The notes beneath the pieces are model-generated. The model saw nothing but the letters and a program-made list of their open reading frames with translations, did not search any database and was not told where the DNA came from. A stretch of DNA of 64,000 bases, from contig NC_043010.1 in NCBI RefSeq assembly GCF_006345805.1, positions 62,496,001 through 62,560,000 on the forward strand, given 5' to 3'. Shown piece after piece: positions 12,601 to 27,381 of this stretch. The stretch's first letter is position 1, and the number at the start of each line of letters is the position of its first letter. Made by a program: the position numbers and the translations under genes. This stretch comes from Octopus sinensis. Taxonomy: Eukaryota.

Positions 12601-14394
12601 TATTTAAACTGAAGCGATTCTTTCAATATTGGTGGTGGTGGTGGTGGTAGTGGTGGCGGTAATAATAGTGGTGGTGGTAGTGGTGGTGATAGTATCGTTG
12701 AGGGTGACGGTGGTGGGGGGAGAATGGTGGTAGTTAGCGGTGGGTGATGAGAGGAAGGGTAGGATGATGGCGACGACGGCGACGGCGACGATGGTGTTTA
12801 GGCCCAGGTCAGCTCTCATCGAGCCCAATTAATGATCAGAAGCGTTCCAGCCTTGACCAGCCCGTCTTTTTTTTTTTCCTGTTTCCGTTTTGTTTTGTTT
12901 TGTTTTCCAGATTTGAGAATTAAGGGCCACTTGGCAGTTATTTCTAGTAGGTCGATCGAGCGACCGCGTAGCGGCTCCTTGATGTCGGCTTTGATGACGA
13001 TGGTGGTGGTGGTGGTAATGTTACTAGTACATGATGGTGATGATGATGGTGGTGGTGATGGTGGTGGGGTTATAGCGGAGAAAGACAGAGGGGAACGTTA
13101 AAGAAAACGAGCAATTCAAAGAGAAAAAAAAAATGGTACTAATGTTTCAAAGATAGGCCTCAAGCTATATAACACACACACACACATATAGATGTACGTA
13201 TTGTATCACCCAAATATTTCCGACAGAAACAAGCCGGGAAAACCATAAATATAAACTAACTGTAGTCTAATATCACGAGGAGAAGAAGAAAAAAAAGACA
13301 TGAAAGCCACAACATCACCACTACTCCAAACACCATAAAAAAGCTGTATGTGGGTTAAAAAAAATAAAGTATCGAATAAACTGGAAATAATATAAAATAA
13401 AAAACATTTACTTTTAAGCACAAGGTTAGCAAATTCATAACGAAAGAAGAATTGGGAGTTTGTGGTGTTCATGCTTTCCCTCCCACAGAAAAGTCACTGA
13501 AATAAATATAGCTATGAAAGGTAGAAGCTGATGAGCCAAGTCTTAAATTAGTTCCACTTAACGTGTATGTATATATATAAATGTATATATATATATATAT
13601 ATATACACATATATATGTTCTTCTTTCTGAACATAAATAGTTGATATCATTCATTATATTTCGCTTAGAGGCATATCCCGTTTTTTCCTTTCCGAAAGTT
13701 TATCCCCCGTTAAAGGTTACATGTTTGGGCAGTGGGGGGGGGGGTTAGGAGGGGCACTGTGTGACCGCTGAAAACAAACAGGAATAGCAGCCAAAAAAAC
13801 CCTTCCTTCATATTATACCCTCAAGGGCTTTAAAAAGAGACAAGACAAGACGGTCACGGTGGAATACCTCTGATCGTAGATCTCTGTGATTAGGCCTGGG
13901 ATTAAACAGCAATTAGTTGGTGCAGTGAATCGGGAGGGGGGGGGCTTCCTATACTGTCAGTCAACCTGCTTATGTTGTGGGAATAAAAGACAGGATGGTT
14001 ATGGGTGGAACGCTATCGTTTTTTTTTTCTTCTTTTTTTTGTATCGTAGATTGATTTGCCCAATGAGGGCGTCAGACAAAATGCCTGCAGTATGTACTTA
14101 CGGCGTTCAAATCCCAGCTAGGTCAAACTTGGCCGCCTTTTATGCTTCCGAGTTGATGAAGTACCCTTGAAGTATTGAAGTCGATTTAATAAGGCATCTT
14201 GGATGTGAATGGAATTATATCATGGAAGACTTGAGGCTTATAAAATATAAACTCCCTATTCTGCCGCATCCACCCTCCCCCTTATAATCACACATCCCCA
14301 TTTGCTGTGCTTCTATCCGAAGTCAACTTTAGGTTTAGAGATGTGTATGTGTGTGTATGTAGGCCTATGCGAACATTACCTTGTTACTGTATAT

Positions 14395-14446
14395 GTGAAG
14401 ATAGACAGACAGACAGATAGATAGACAGACAGATAGATAGATAGAC

Positions 14447-14521
<75 letters not shown>

Positions 14522-14790
14522 CAGATAGACAAATAGATAGATAGATGGATAGATAGATGGATAGATAGACAGATAGATAGATAGATAGATAGACAGATAG
14601 ATAGATAGATAGATAGATGGATAGATAGATGGATAGATAGATGGATAGATAGATGGATAGATAGATGGATAGATAGATGGATAGATAGATAGATAAATAG
14701 ATGGATAGATAGATGGATAGATAGACAGATAGACAAATAGATAGATAGATAGACAGACAGATAGACAAATAGATAGATAGATAGATAGAT
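14395..14790. repeat. (GATA)n / (GACA) / (GATG) tetranucleotide array
   Basis: Direct reading. Source of the LSIY-repeat pseudo-ORFs. Confidence 0.95.
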
Positions 14791-15261
14791 ATACATCCAT
14801 ACCTATCTTAGTATATTGGTGTGTTTATATATATATATATATATATTTATATAATATACACACAGATCCATTTAGTACTGTATATAAATATATATAATAC
14901 AGTCCTATATATATATTGTGTGTAATGAAACAAACAAAACCCAATTTCAAACAAGCACACGTACACAAAGTTATAAATATACATGAGTGTGCGTGTGTTT
15001 GTATGCGTATACACACTTGTAGTGCAGCATGTGAGCAGCATGTAGATTTATTTCTGTAACAAATACGTATACTTGCGAAAACATGTATACACATGGAGCA
15101 GGAGGGGGGGGGAGCTTCGGTGATATAGCTATGCAGTGTATTGTTTATAGTGTATAATATGCGTGTGTGTGTGTGTGTGTAGCATAAATACTATATATAC
15201 GTCTGAATGCAATGTACATATATACACACATGAACAATAAATTATGTACATAAATATATAC

Positions 15262-15295
<34 letters not shown>

Positions 15296-15349
15296 TATAT
15301 ATATACAGGCACACGTGTCTATATATTTACACACATTTCTCTCTCTCTC

Positions 15350-15406
<57 letters not shown>

Positions 15407-15504
15407 TCACACACATACACACGCAACACAAACGTGTGTGATAGATCGCAGATCAACACATGGAAAGGCGTGAGATCCACAACATTACATACAACCTTAT
15501 TCAT

Positions 15505-15549
<45 letters not shown>

Positions 15550-16237
15550 TTATACATATATACACAGTTCTCTACGCTTACAGTGTTACAGCCGCGCCAA
15601 ATGCGCCATAGGGGTCTTAATTATTTTGTCCCCTGCCTGAAAGGGAGCACTTTGGCGCATTTAAATATTGTAAATAACTGGGAGCCCTGCAGTGTAAGAA
15701 TGTAATCTTTATGCACAACGTTGAGAAACTGCCCTCGTGGGGCCTATATGCATACAAAAACGCATAAACGTGTTATTGTTTAGCCCCGAGTCGGTACTGG
15801 TTGAGCTACCTCCCAGCTAAGATATTCCACCCACAATCATCACGCTATTTGTTGTTTGCAGACATAGATTATATTAAGGGTAATGGGGAATGATTTAGGG
15901 TAGATTTGGTTCCTATTTGCAGCAGATCGGGTGACCACATAAGTGGCTCACTCACATGGGTGATGTTGCCTTGAACTGGGCAAACCTTACGATCAAAGAC
16001 ATTCCAGCTGTGACTAACCGTCCTTTCTGTACAAAGATAGTGTATGTATATTTTACATGGGACTACATGATCCGATGTACCTTTCCTGATTCTTTAAGAA
16101 CTGTAGGAATACTTGGCTGCCGTTTCTAGCATATCGAGCGACCACGTAGAGGCACCCTCGTCTCGCAGATATTCGTGTGTAAACATGCGTGGTGTATATA
16201 TGTTGGCCTTGATGAACATGTGCAGAAAAGTTATAGG

Positions 16238-16272
<35 letters not shown>

Positions 16273-16439
16273 CACAACATATACACGGGGAGGTAGTAAA
16301 AATGGGAGGGAGAGCTATAGACTGTTAAGGAAAGATGTATATATCTATATATATATATAGTGTAAATTCAGATATATGTATATATTTGTGTGTATATGTC
16401 TATAACGCATGTGCATGGGTTTGTGTATATAAATTACGT

Positions 16440-16499
<60 letters not shown>

Positions 16500-16892
16500 A
16501 TATATATATACATATACACCAAGTGTGGTATGCCTGTGTGTATATATAAATATATATGTAAGTGGAGTGAGAACTAAAGATTTATTGGACACGAAATTAA
16601 AAATAGGGACCTGTACCCTTCTCTGCGTATAACATTGCCCCCCCCTTCCCATTTCCACACTCACGCGCAATATATATATATATATATATATGTATGTATA
16701 TTTATATATATATATAGTCCCGTGACTATAATGGTTTGCAAACTGACTAGGGTAATAAAACGCAAACAAAGAATTAAATAGAGTTAAATTGGTGCAAATG
16801 AGCGAATATATATATAGATATATATATATATATACATAATAAACATACATATATATGCATATACATATATACAGGTAGAAATATATAACATA

Positions 16893-16935
<43 letters not shown>

Positions 16936-17383
16936 CATGTATATAATATATATATATAATATAATATAATCATATCTATACACACATATATATCTCACAC
17001 ACCAGATATACATAATCATATATATATACACACATATATGCTCACACACAGATACATGATATATTGATACACGATTCTATATTTATATAAATATATATAC
17101 ATATGTAACATATATATATACATATGTAAATGTGTATATATATATATTCATATATATATATTTATATTTATAATATAACATATATCTTTATATATATATA
17201 TATATATACATATATATTTATATATATATATATATATACATATATATATTATATATATATATATATACATATATATTTATATATATATATACATATATAT
17301 ATATTTATATATATATATACATATATATATTTATTATATATATATATACATATATATTTTAACTATTATAATATATATATATT

Positions 17384-17466
<83 letters not shown>

Positions 17467-17495
17467 TATATTTATATTATATATATATGTATGTA
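16440..17495. repeat. Degenerate (TA)n microsatellite field
   Basis: Direct reading. Source of IYIY pseudo-ORFs. Confidence 0.9.
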
Positions 17496-20400
17496 TATAG
17501 GCCACTAAGTAACTCTTGTACTGTGCTTAGCTAATAAAAAATATGCGCATATAAATACTAAATACATGTGATGTACAAATCCAATATAAATAAATGAAAT
17601 AATAAATACATACATATATACATACATACAAACATACATACACATGCTATATACATATGTATTTTATAAACACATGCGTATGCATGTATGTATATATTTA
17701 AAAAAAAACACATGTGTATCTGTGAGTGTTTATTTATCTGTGTGTGTGTGTGGTGTAGAAGAGAGAGAGATAATAACAGAACAAACACAAATAAACAAAT
17801 AAAATATGATGACGAAGATTTCAGAAATGCTTCACAATCGACGTGCAGCGCGTGCGCGCGTGTTGCGCATGTGTACGTGTGTTTACGCTCATGTGTGTGT
17901 GTGTGTACGTGTTTACCCTCGTGTTTGTGTGTGTGTGTGTGTGTGCGTGCGCGTTAACCCTCCTGTGCGTATGCGTGTTTACGCTCGTGTGTGTATGTAT
18001 GTGTTTACCCCTCATATATGTGTGTGTGTATGCGTGCGTATATATATATATATAAATTTACGTGATCGTATGAGTTAGTTTAGTGTGTGTATGTATGTAA
18101 AATATATATATATATATATATGTATACAAATATCAGATTGTGTTTTGATGTAGAAACGATGAAAGTGTGTGTGTGGGTGTGTATGAACGAATTGCGCGTG
18201 TTTATCCGTTATGCGTATGTGTGTGTTTATTTATGTGTGTGCGTGCGTGGTGCGTGCGTGAAGGGTTCGAAAGTTTCACGGACCAGCACTGACCACTTTA
18301 TACATACGCATGCATACATATATATATACACAAACACATGCTCACTCATACACACACACATTTATATATATAAATATACACACACACACATTATATATAT
18401 ATATATAAATATATAGTACTTTTTTTTTTGTTATTTTTTTTTTCAAGGCTGCAAAACATTGCACAGTCTTTGAAAAGAGATGCTATTCAGTTTTGCTACT
18501 TACCTTTGACTAGTTTGCAGTAGAATGTGAAAGGTTTGCAGTGGAACAGATATTGCTAAACAAAAAAACCCTCGGGACATTAATTTTTTTTTTCCAATAG
18601 TAGAACAATGAAACCGGTGTAATATTATTTTTTTCACTTTGCTTAAAAAAAGTCCGGATCGGCTTGGTTGCACTTTCATATTAACAAGCAATGCAAGAGT
18701 ATAAAATGTGTGTTTGTAAGAAGAGGGGGTGGAGGAGGAAGAGACGGCGGTGGTGGTAGAGGCATAATAATAAGTGTTGTTGTTGTTGTTGTTGCTGTTG
18801 TTGCTGTTAACGTTGTTGCTGCTGTTGATGGTGGTGGTGGTGGTGGTGGTGGTAGTTGCTGGCAACGGAGAAGGGGAATACTATAATTCTTGAGAAGGAA
18901 GAATTTTTTTGAAATACAAAAACAAATACATACACACATATAGATATATATATACAAGTATATGTATCACCATATAAATATAGGATGGCAGTTGAAATAA
19001 TGGTTAGGTTTTGGCGCCCACACGTCATTCATTTCATAAATGGAATATTTATTTCATTCTAAATATTCTTGTGTAATTTATTTATTTATTTATTTTCTTA
19101 TTTTTCTTATTTTTTTCAATTATTTCCCCCCCCCTCCCTTCTTTTAGTCAGAGATTTGGTATTCTCTAAGAATTAACAAGGTTTCTCTTTTTTTTCTTTA
19201 GCTTTTCTCACTCCTTCTTTCTCTCTCTCTCTCTCTCTCTCTCTCCAATCTTCCTCTCTCTTCTCTCTCTTTGCACTATTTTTTCAACCCTAGATAGACC
19301 TTTATCATGAGATTTCAACCATGACCAACCCTTTTTATTTTCAAGATGGTCATGGCTGGAACATGATTGGGACATGAGGAAAATCATCATCATCATTTAT
19401 ACCATCACTGCTGCCACCATCCCACTACCACCATGACCACTTACACCACCACCACCACCACCACAAACCACCACAACCATCATCATCATTATCATCATCA
19501 ATTTGAACGAAATTTTTCTTCCAATATCTATGTGGGTTGGATAGGTTTGTAAAACTTTTTCTTCTGATGTAGGTTGGATAAGTTTGTAAAATGCTTTCTT
19601 AGCATTTAATCAGAGTTTCAACAATGCATATGTTTTATCTAATTTTAACTCCATCCACTCTTTCCTAATAAAATTACAATTTCAAGAGCAAACGAAGGAG
19701 TCTCTCTAGCAATGAAATCTCCCTCGAATTACACCCTGTCTTATAAAAGTATGGATACATCAGACAATGTAGTCCAAAACATGCTGTGTCTGAAGAAATC
19801 TGATTGGTCACAATTAGCCCCTTCGTTAGCCCCTTCATTACCACACTGCTTTTGTTTTAATTAGTTTTTAAAATAATGAAGGATTTTGCCATTATTAAGT
19901 TGATATTTGGAATGTAAATCAACATGAGATTTTCATGGAAGGTTTTAATTTGGATCACATTAACTCTTTTGTTATCTTATTTCTGTTGAAATGCATTGCT
20001 TTTGTTTCAAATTAAGTTTTAATGTTATGAAGTATTTAGTAAAATAACTTTGTCGTTATTAAGTTGGTGTCTGGAACATAAATGAGCCTGAAATTTTGTT
20101 GTAAGTTTTAAATTTACATCACTTTAAAATAGTAAGGACAGGTTTGCTCTAAGGTGGTTTGATATCAAACAGGTTAAAGGGCCAAGGCCATGTAAGACAC
20201 TCTTCCTGTTGCATCCATTGACTTCTCTCTAGATAGAATCTCCTCCTGGACCTCCTTCTGGTCTTCTTTCTCTGCCAGTATCCGATTGCGACCACTGATG
20301 ATCTTTACTCCTATCTGTCTGTCCCCTGATGTTTGTCAGGTGTCAGACTCACAAAGCTTATGAAATCACGAATCAGCAACTTTTATATGATGAGCAAGAT

Positions 20401-22156
20401 GCGTAACAGATGTCAGGCAGATCTGAAACAGATGTTGTAACAGAAATGAGCAGTTATAAAGTCAATGCTTAACAGATGTGATATAGATGTCTAACAGCTG
20501 TCTAATAACATATAATGCAGTGTTTCTCAGCTTTTCTTTTTGTCCTATACCCTGTTTTGAAATTTGTGCCCAGTCATGAATGGAACTAGTTGCTATGTAC
20601 TAACTTAAGCCCTTCACACCCTATGAAGCATAGGCCACCAATGACTTCTCTCAATGGTCCCTAACTCTGGGGTATCTTTTCTGTTTCCCTCCAGTTGGAT
20701 CCCTGCTTTTGCCGCTCTGTTTCAGTTTCACAATTCCAGTTTGTTTTAGTAAGTATACAGCATATAATGCATTCAGTGTTTCTCAAAGTGGAGAGCGAGA
20801 TCCTTCAGGATGTGGCATAATTTTATATAACCCGTAATGCAGAACAGAGGATGATAAACAAATGCAGGGGCCTGACCAGCTGCTCTCAGTTTGTGTTAGT
20901 TGTTGTTGAGACCTTAAGTGTTTACACACACCCTTCACACACACACACTGATGATTTCTTCTGCAGAATCAGGATAACAGCAACCTGTCTGAGAAATAAG
21001 TCCCGCTAGGTAGGGTGGCCATTGCAGTGAGTGTCACTGACCAATCTCTGCACCAACCCCTTTGCAGTCATGTCCACAATGCATGACTGAACACACCATT
21101 TGGTGTGGGGTGGACATCCTGTAACTTCCTCAGCCCCCAATCTTCTTCTGTTTAATCCCCTTTCTTTCTTTTTTTCTTTTCTTTGTTTCCTTGGTGAAGC
21201 AGTTCTGGGCTGAGGAAGGGAAGGCTCCATAAGATGATCTTTTATATCAATGCTTTTTTTCTTTCTTTCTTTTCATCCTGTAAAAAATTTGTTATTAAGT
21301 AACAAGTGACTATCACTGAAACCAGTAACAAAGTTTTAATTGAAAATTATACATACATATATATATATATAGAGAGAGAGAGAGAGTGTGGCTGTGTGTT
21401 AAGTAGCTTGCTTCCCAACTACATGGTTCCAGGCAAGTGTCTTCTACTATAGCCTCAGGCCCACCAAGGCCTTGTGAGTGGATTTGGTAGGCAGAAACTG
21501 AAAGAAGCCGTCCTATATATATATATATATATATAATACACACACAAACATATATATATATATACTATATATATATATATATATATATATATGTTTGTGT
21601 GTGTATGGTTGTGTGTCTGTGTTTGTCTCCCCCACCATCACTTGACAACTGATGTTGGTGTGTTTACGTCTCTGTAACTTAGCAGTTCAGCCAAAGAAAC
21701 CAATAGAATAAGTACTAGGCTTACAAAGAATAAGTTCTGCAGTCGATTTGTTCGACTAAGGGCGGTACTCCAGCATGGCCACAGTCAGATAACTGAAACA
21801 AATAAAAGAATATGTCTGTGTGTGTGTGTGCATATGTGTGTATGTGTATATATATATATGTATTTATACACACTGTATATATATATATCTATACACACAT
21901 ATGCACACACACACACATACAATTTTATATATATATATATATATATAATATATATGGGTATAAACTGAACCACAAAAATAACATTGCATACACACTAAAT
22001 ATAAATCGGTTTATTAACAGACTGTGATAGCATTGATTGAAGAGCACTAATTAAGAAACCGTTCTTTCCTAATGATCAAACCTCATTTCCTGAAACATGT
22101 TTGACATCATATGGTGCCACATGACGATGGAGTGTCCTGGATCCAAAGAGATAAAC

Positions 22157-23176
22157 TCAATATCTCGTGTGACCACCGTTAGTGTTGATTACTGCCAGGC
22201 ATCTTCGGTACATTGAATGCACCAAAAGATTGATGAAGGCCATGGGGACAGCAGCCCCATGCAGTGAGTTGTGCTGCAGTTGTCATTCTTGGACGGATTT
22301 CATTTAGTCTTCTTTGGATTTCATCTCAGAGGTGCTCTTAGGGTTCGAGTCCGGACTTAGGGCAGGCCATGGTAGTGCCTGGTGTTGTGCTGTTGGAGGA
22401 AGTCTGTTGTCAACCTGGCAGTATGGGGAGGGGCGTTGTCATGTTGGGGCACATGATTCTGATGACAGGCAAAGTATGATACAATGTGAGGCCTCAACAC
22501 TTGGTCGATGTAACGAGCAGCAGTTACTCCATTGCTCCAGCCTTGGCTGATGGTTTGGAAGACCATCGGTCCATGTTTCTGGTTGAGTGCAATCCCGCCC
22601 CATACCATGATGCTCTGTCCTCCACATGAGTCTCTCTCCACCGCACAGCCATCAGCATGACATTCACCCTTTCTTCTCCAAACCCTAGCTTTGCCATCTG
22701 CCACAGAAATGCAATATCGACTCTCATCAGAGGAGACTACAGTTCTTCACTACTAATATCACAAGTTCTGACGTTTTTGAGTCCACTGCAGACGTTCCTG
22801 TTGATGACAATCTGTGAGGATGAGGCTCCTAGCCAGAATCAGACAAGACAGATTGAAAGATCTTAGCCAGCAGTGAAATGTCTCTGCACAAATGGGTCTG
22901 TGGTGAGCCCCTACGGTCTACCTAGCTGATTCTGTTGCCCTCTGGAATTGGTCCTGCAATGCTATCGGTACAGGTAGCGATCTTGACATGCTGTGGTACC
23001 TCAGTCGGCCACTGTTTGGATTGATCATCTGTGCTCTATGTGGCATTGTATCATTCCCCCAGCAGCTCAATTGTCCAAATACTGAAGTTCAAGTCATTAG
23101 CAATGACCCATGGATGTCGACCAGCATGGAGACATCCAATGGCTTGCTCCCTCTGATTTTGTGTCAGTCTTGGCAT
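22157..23176 (-). pseudogene. Near full-length decayed Tc1 (DD34E-type) transposase
   Basis: Start MPRLTQNQREQAIGCL (ATG at 23176). Catalytic motifs VVSSDESRY, VWGGI, HDNAPPHTAR and LPWPALSPDSNP (third acidic residue mutated). End AVINTNGGHTRY* (stop at 22157). About 1020 nt, with frameshifts and stops. TIRs not resolved. Confidence 0.9.
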
Positions 23177-23675
23177 GCTTACTGCATACAGGAAATGAAC
23201 TACAGGCTGGTAAATTTGAGTGCATTTTATACCCATTGAGTCACCATTTTGCATGTGCATCATACTTTACATAAAGATGCGTTCGCAAATATTACCATGT
23301 TTATGAAAAGTGAGTTTGAACCTTACATGCATTCCTTGCGTTTTCAAAAGAGAACAGTGTTGTGGGTCAATGACATCTTCCTGGTTTCAAATTACCAAGA
23401 AGTGTGATGAAATCCATATAATCTCAATATTGTGTGTAAAACAAATAATCTTTTACAGTGCAATGTTTCTTTTGTGGTTTAGTGGATATTTGTTTTTTTC
23501 ATTGTTCGAAAAAAAGTTCATTTTCTATGTTTTTGTTTTTTATGTTTTCGTTTCTCGTTGTGTTCAATGTTTCTTTGATGTCCTGTGCCCATATATACAC
23601 GTATATATACACATATATGTAGGTATGTACATATATGTATGCATATATGCATATATTTATATATTATTTATATTA

Positions 23676-23959
23676 TCTATTATATAAAATCTGTTCTGTC
23701 TGTCTGTGTGTGTGTCTTCTAGGATCTCGGGCATCCTCCATCCGATTACGCTCAGATTTGATATGTAGATACTGACGGTATCAGGGCGTGTATGAGTCTT
23801 GAAAAAATTACAAAAATCGATTCCAGGTGTCTCAAATTTAGGTTAAATCAGTGTTTCTCAAGAGGGAGGCCTATGGGACAGTCGGACAAGTTGTTTTGAG
23901 AAAATTTGGTTTAAATGTTTGCTAACTCAGTACTGTCCAGCGGTCGGTGGGGGGGGTAG
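23676..23959 (+). mobile_element. Possible non-autonomous Helitron-like element
   Basis: Starts a|TCtattatataaaatc followed by a (GTCT)n microsatellite, contains a catccgatt…atttgat…tagatact block, and ends in a GC-rich segment and TAG|t. These features resemble short invertebrate Helitrons, but the 3' end is atypical. Confidence 0.4.
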
Positions 23960-24988
23960 TTTTGCTCGTATTACATATATATATAATGGGTGCAGGTGTG
24001 GCTGTGTGATAAGAAGCTTGCTTCCCACAACATGGTTCCTGGCTCAGTCTATATAATAATGGTAAGGCCACAGGAGCAGCACCCAGATGACTTTAAACTA
24101 CTATTGCTCCCTACTTCACTCTTATTGCCCACCCATCACCATCATCACTATCACTATAATCGGCACCATCAACACCAACACAACCACTAACCCCAATACA
24201 ATCACCATCACCACTGTCACTACCACAGTTACCATTATCACCACCCTCCTCCACCTCCTCATCATCATCACCATCACTGCCACTGCTGACGCTACTTCCT
24301 CCCTTGATGCCACAATTACCACCACCACCACAACCATCACCACCATCACAACCACCACCACCACAACCACCACCACTGCTATCACCACCATCATTATCTT
24401 CATCATTTCCACCATAGTCATCAGTTGTGTAAGGAGAATGACTTTCTGGATTATGTCAGGAGCAGACTTGGCTCAAAGACAACTTCGGTGGAAAGGAAAA
24501 AATGTTTGGTGCACATCTGTTAGACAAGTGTTAGGCATTGGTTTCCCATATCAGACATGTAACATCTGTCTGGTGTATGTAGCCTAGCTGGGTTAGAGGT
24601 TAAAATTTGTAGCATATCAATGGCAATGCAACATTGGAAGCAGAAACAGCTGTTAGCTGGGATGCAGTCTATTTGCATTGAATTAATAAATAATAATTGA
24701 TGCAAGTCAATTGTTGTTAGTCATTAATTCTCCATTTCCCATTTCTCATAAATTTTGATATCTGGTATTACTTTTATTACTTTTATTTGTTTCTGTCATT
24801 TGAATGCGGCCATGCTGGAGCACTGCCTTTAATCGAACAAATCGACCCCAGGACTTATTCTGTGTAAGCCTAGTACTTATTCTATCGGTCTCTCTTGCCA
24901 AACCGCTAAGTGACATGGAAGTAAACACACCAGCATCGGTTGTCAAGCGATGTTGGGGGGATAAACACAGACATATATATACATACAT

Positions 24989-25020
<32 letters not shown>

Positions 25021-25198
25021 TATATATGATTGGCTTCCTTTAGTCTCTGTCTATCAAATCCACTCACAAGGCTTTGGCCAGCCCGAGGCTATAGTAGAAG
25101 ACACTTGCCCAAGGTGCCATGCAGTGGGACTGAACCCAGAACCATGTGGTTGGTAAGCAAGCTACTTACCACACAGCCAGTCCTGCATACATATATAC

Positions 25199-25229
<31 letters not shown>

Positions 25230-26399
25230 AATTACAAAGGTGTATTTGCATAGCGAGTGACCTGATCTGAGATCGTGTGCTGGAACGCAAACAATTGCAG
25301 CGTGGAAGGTGTTTATAAGCCATTTAAGAAACACAAAAACCGTTAGATTCACTTCAACATTTAAATTTAATTTGTCAAAATATTTTCATCGCTTTCAAAC
25401 CGCAATCTGTTCACTGACAAAATTCCGTGCTGCATCTTTATATATATATATAAACACCAGATAGATGTTACACATCTGATAGAGGAAACCAATGTGTGTG
25501 TGTTTGTGCGTGTGTGTGGGGGGGGGACATTCAGTCATTGATAAAGGACAAGAGCAATACAGTTACAGATTAAATTTTCATGCTTCAAAAAACAAACCCC
25601 CAAAATTTAAGAAAATTATTACAATTAATTTATAATTTATAAGTATTTTGAAATAGGGAGTTACTTTCCAATTACCTGGTATATAAAATACATAAATAAT
25701 GGGTTTTATATATTTATATATTTGTGCATCATAGACTTACAGCTGTTTCTGATATACATTGTAGGTGAGTTCATTGTTCCATTTACTCAACTGGTCGTAT
25801 GTGTGTGTTTGTATACATATGTGTATATATAGATACAGGCATGGCTGTGTGGTAAGAAGCTTGCTTCCCAACCACATGGCTCTGGGTTCACAACCATGTA
25901 TGCACATATTTATGTATGTATTTGTGTGTCTGTGTTTGTCCCTCCCCTCCATCATTGCTTGACAATTTATGTTGATGTGATTGTGTCCGAACGTGGCAGA
26001 TGCCAGCGCCGCTTGACTGGCATCCATGTCGGTGACGCATAAAAGCAACAACTGATTGTGGCGGTTTGCCAGCCTCCTCTGGCCCCTGAGCTGGTACACG
26101 TAAAAAATACCCACTACACTTGTTGGTGTTAGGAAGGGAATGGAAAAAAATTGAATGACCGTAACAAATACTATCATTTTCAAAGTCTGCACACACTATG
26201 CAAAGCCTGAAGTTTATAGTTTTTGTTTGAATCTTATCTTAAGATTACCTGGAATTGTATAGCCATCTGAAAAGCTTTTGTTAGCCCTTCATATTTGTAT
26301 TAACAGAGAGCTTCAGAAGTACTTTGCCCAGGTTGATAATCCCTAATTAATAACTCATCATTCTGATATAGTATCATCATTCATCGTCATCGTCGTTGT

Positions 26400-26404
26400 C
26401 GTCG

Positions 26405-26435
<31 letters not shown>

Positions 26436-27335
26436 TTTCATTATCATCGTCGTCATCATCATCATCATTTAACATACATTTTCAATGCTGGCATATGTTA
26501 GACAGTTTGACTGGAAATGGGAAGCTGGGAAGCTGCATTAAATTCCAGTCTAATCTGGCAGTGTTTCTACTGCTGGATGCCCTTCCTAATGCCAACCACA
26601 CCAAGAGTGTAATGGTTGCTTTATACCAGTGCTTTTCAAACATTTTGCTGGAACGGAACCCCAAGGAAACTTTCCACTGGCTCGGGGAACCCCTATGCAA
26701 CAATTTAATAGTTTTATGCACACATATCTGTGCAGGAGAATTAAAAATTACTGCCAATTTTAGCAGTTTTGTAACTTCTTGCGGAACCCCTGGACTGTAC
26801 TGGCGGAACCCTAAGGTTCCGTGGAACCCTGGTTGAAAACCACTGCTTTATACGTGTCACCGGCATGGATGCCATCTGCATGACACCAGCAACAGCCACA
26901 ACCACGGTATCATGAGTGCTATCCACACAACACTGGCAATGGCCACATCTATGATATCAATTGGCTTGGCATGTTTTCTCAAGCACAGCATTTCGCCAAA
27001 GTTCTCGGTCACTTGTCATCACCTCTGTCAGGCCCAACATTCAAGGATCATGCTACCAGCAATAGCCATGATAATAATTTCATGGTTGCCATTCACATAA
27101 CACTGGCAACGGCCATGACTACAATTTCACTTGGCTTTACAAGTCTTGTTGAGCACAGCCTATCACCAAAGGTCTCATCACTTCCATTAGGTCAAACATT
27201 CGAAGATCATGCTTCACCACCTCGTCCCATGTCTTCCTGGATCTACCTCTCCACAGGTTCCCTCCACATTTAGAGATCAGCTGTTCTCTACGCAGCTGTC
27301 TTTGTCCATACACAAACTGCTCAGAACAGGCAAAC
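26400..27335 (-). mobile_element. RTE-clade LINE 3' end (RT thumb relic plus family R tail)
   Basis: ORF track 27137..27406 includes RGRSRKTWDEVVKHDLRMFDLMEVM, an RTE C-terminal motif. It continues into the family R tail and (GAT)n. Confidence 0.75.
26627..26845. mobile_element. hAT-superfamily MITE nested in the RTE tail
   Basis: TIRs cagtgcttttcaaac / gttgaaaaccactg. Perfect 8-bp TSD ctttatac at 26619-26626 and 26846-26853. Confidence 0.9.
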
Positions 27336-27381
27336 GCGTCAGGAAACAAACACTTACATATACTATATATTATATGTAGTA

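Noticed and set aside
25228-25438. TA-flanked repeat with a hammerhead-like layout on the minus strand
   Set aside because: Core nucleotides (gtcagtga / gaaag) deviate too far from CUGANGA/GAAA to support the call. The similar element at 28920-29045 was rejected for the same reason.
25733-25790. Opposing splice-donor motifs and a possible micro-exon
   Set aside because: Acceptors are weak on both strands and the peptide is uninformative. Not supportable without RNA data.
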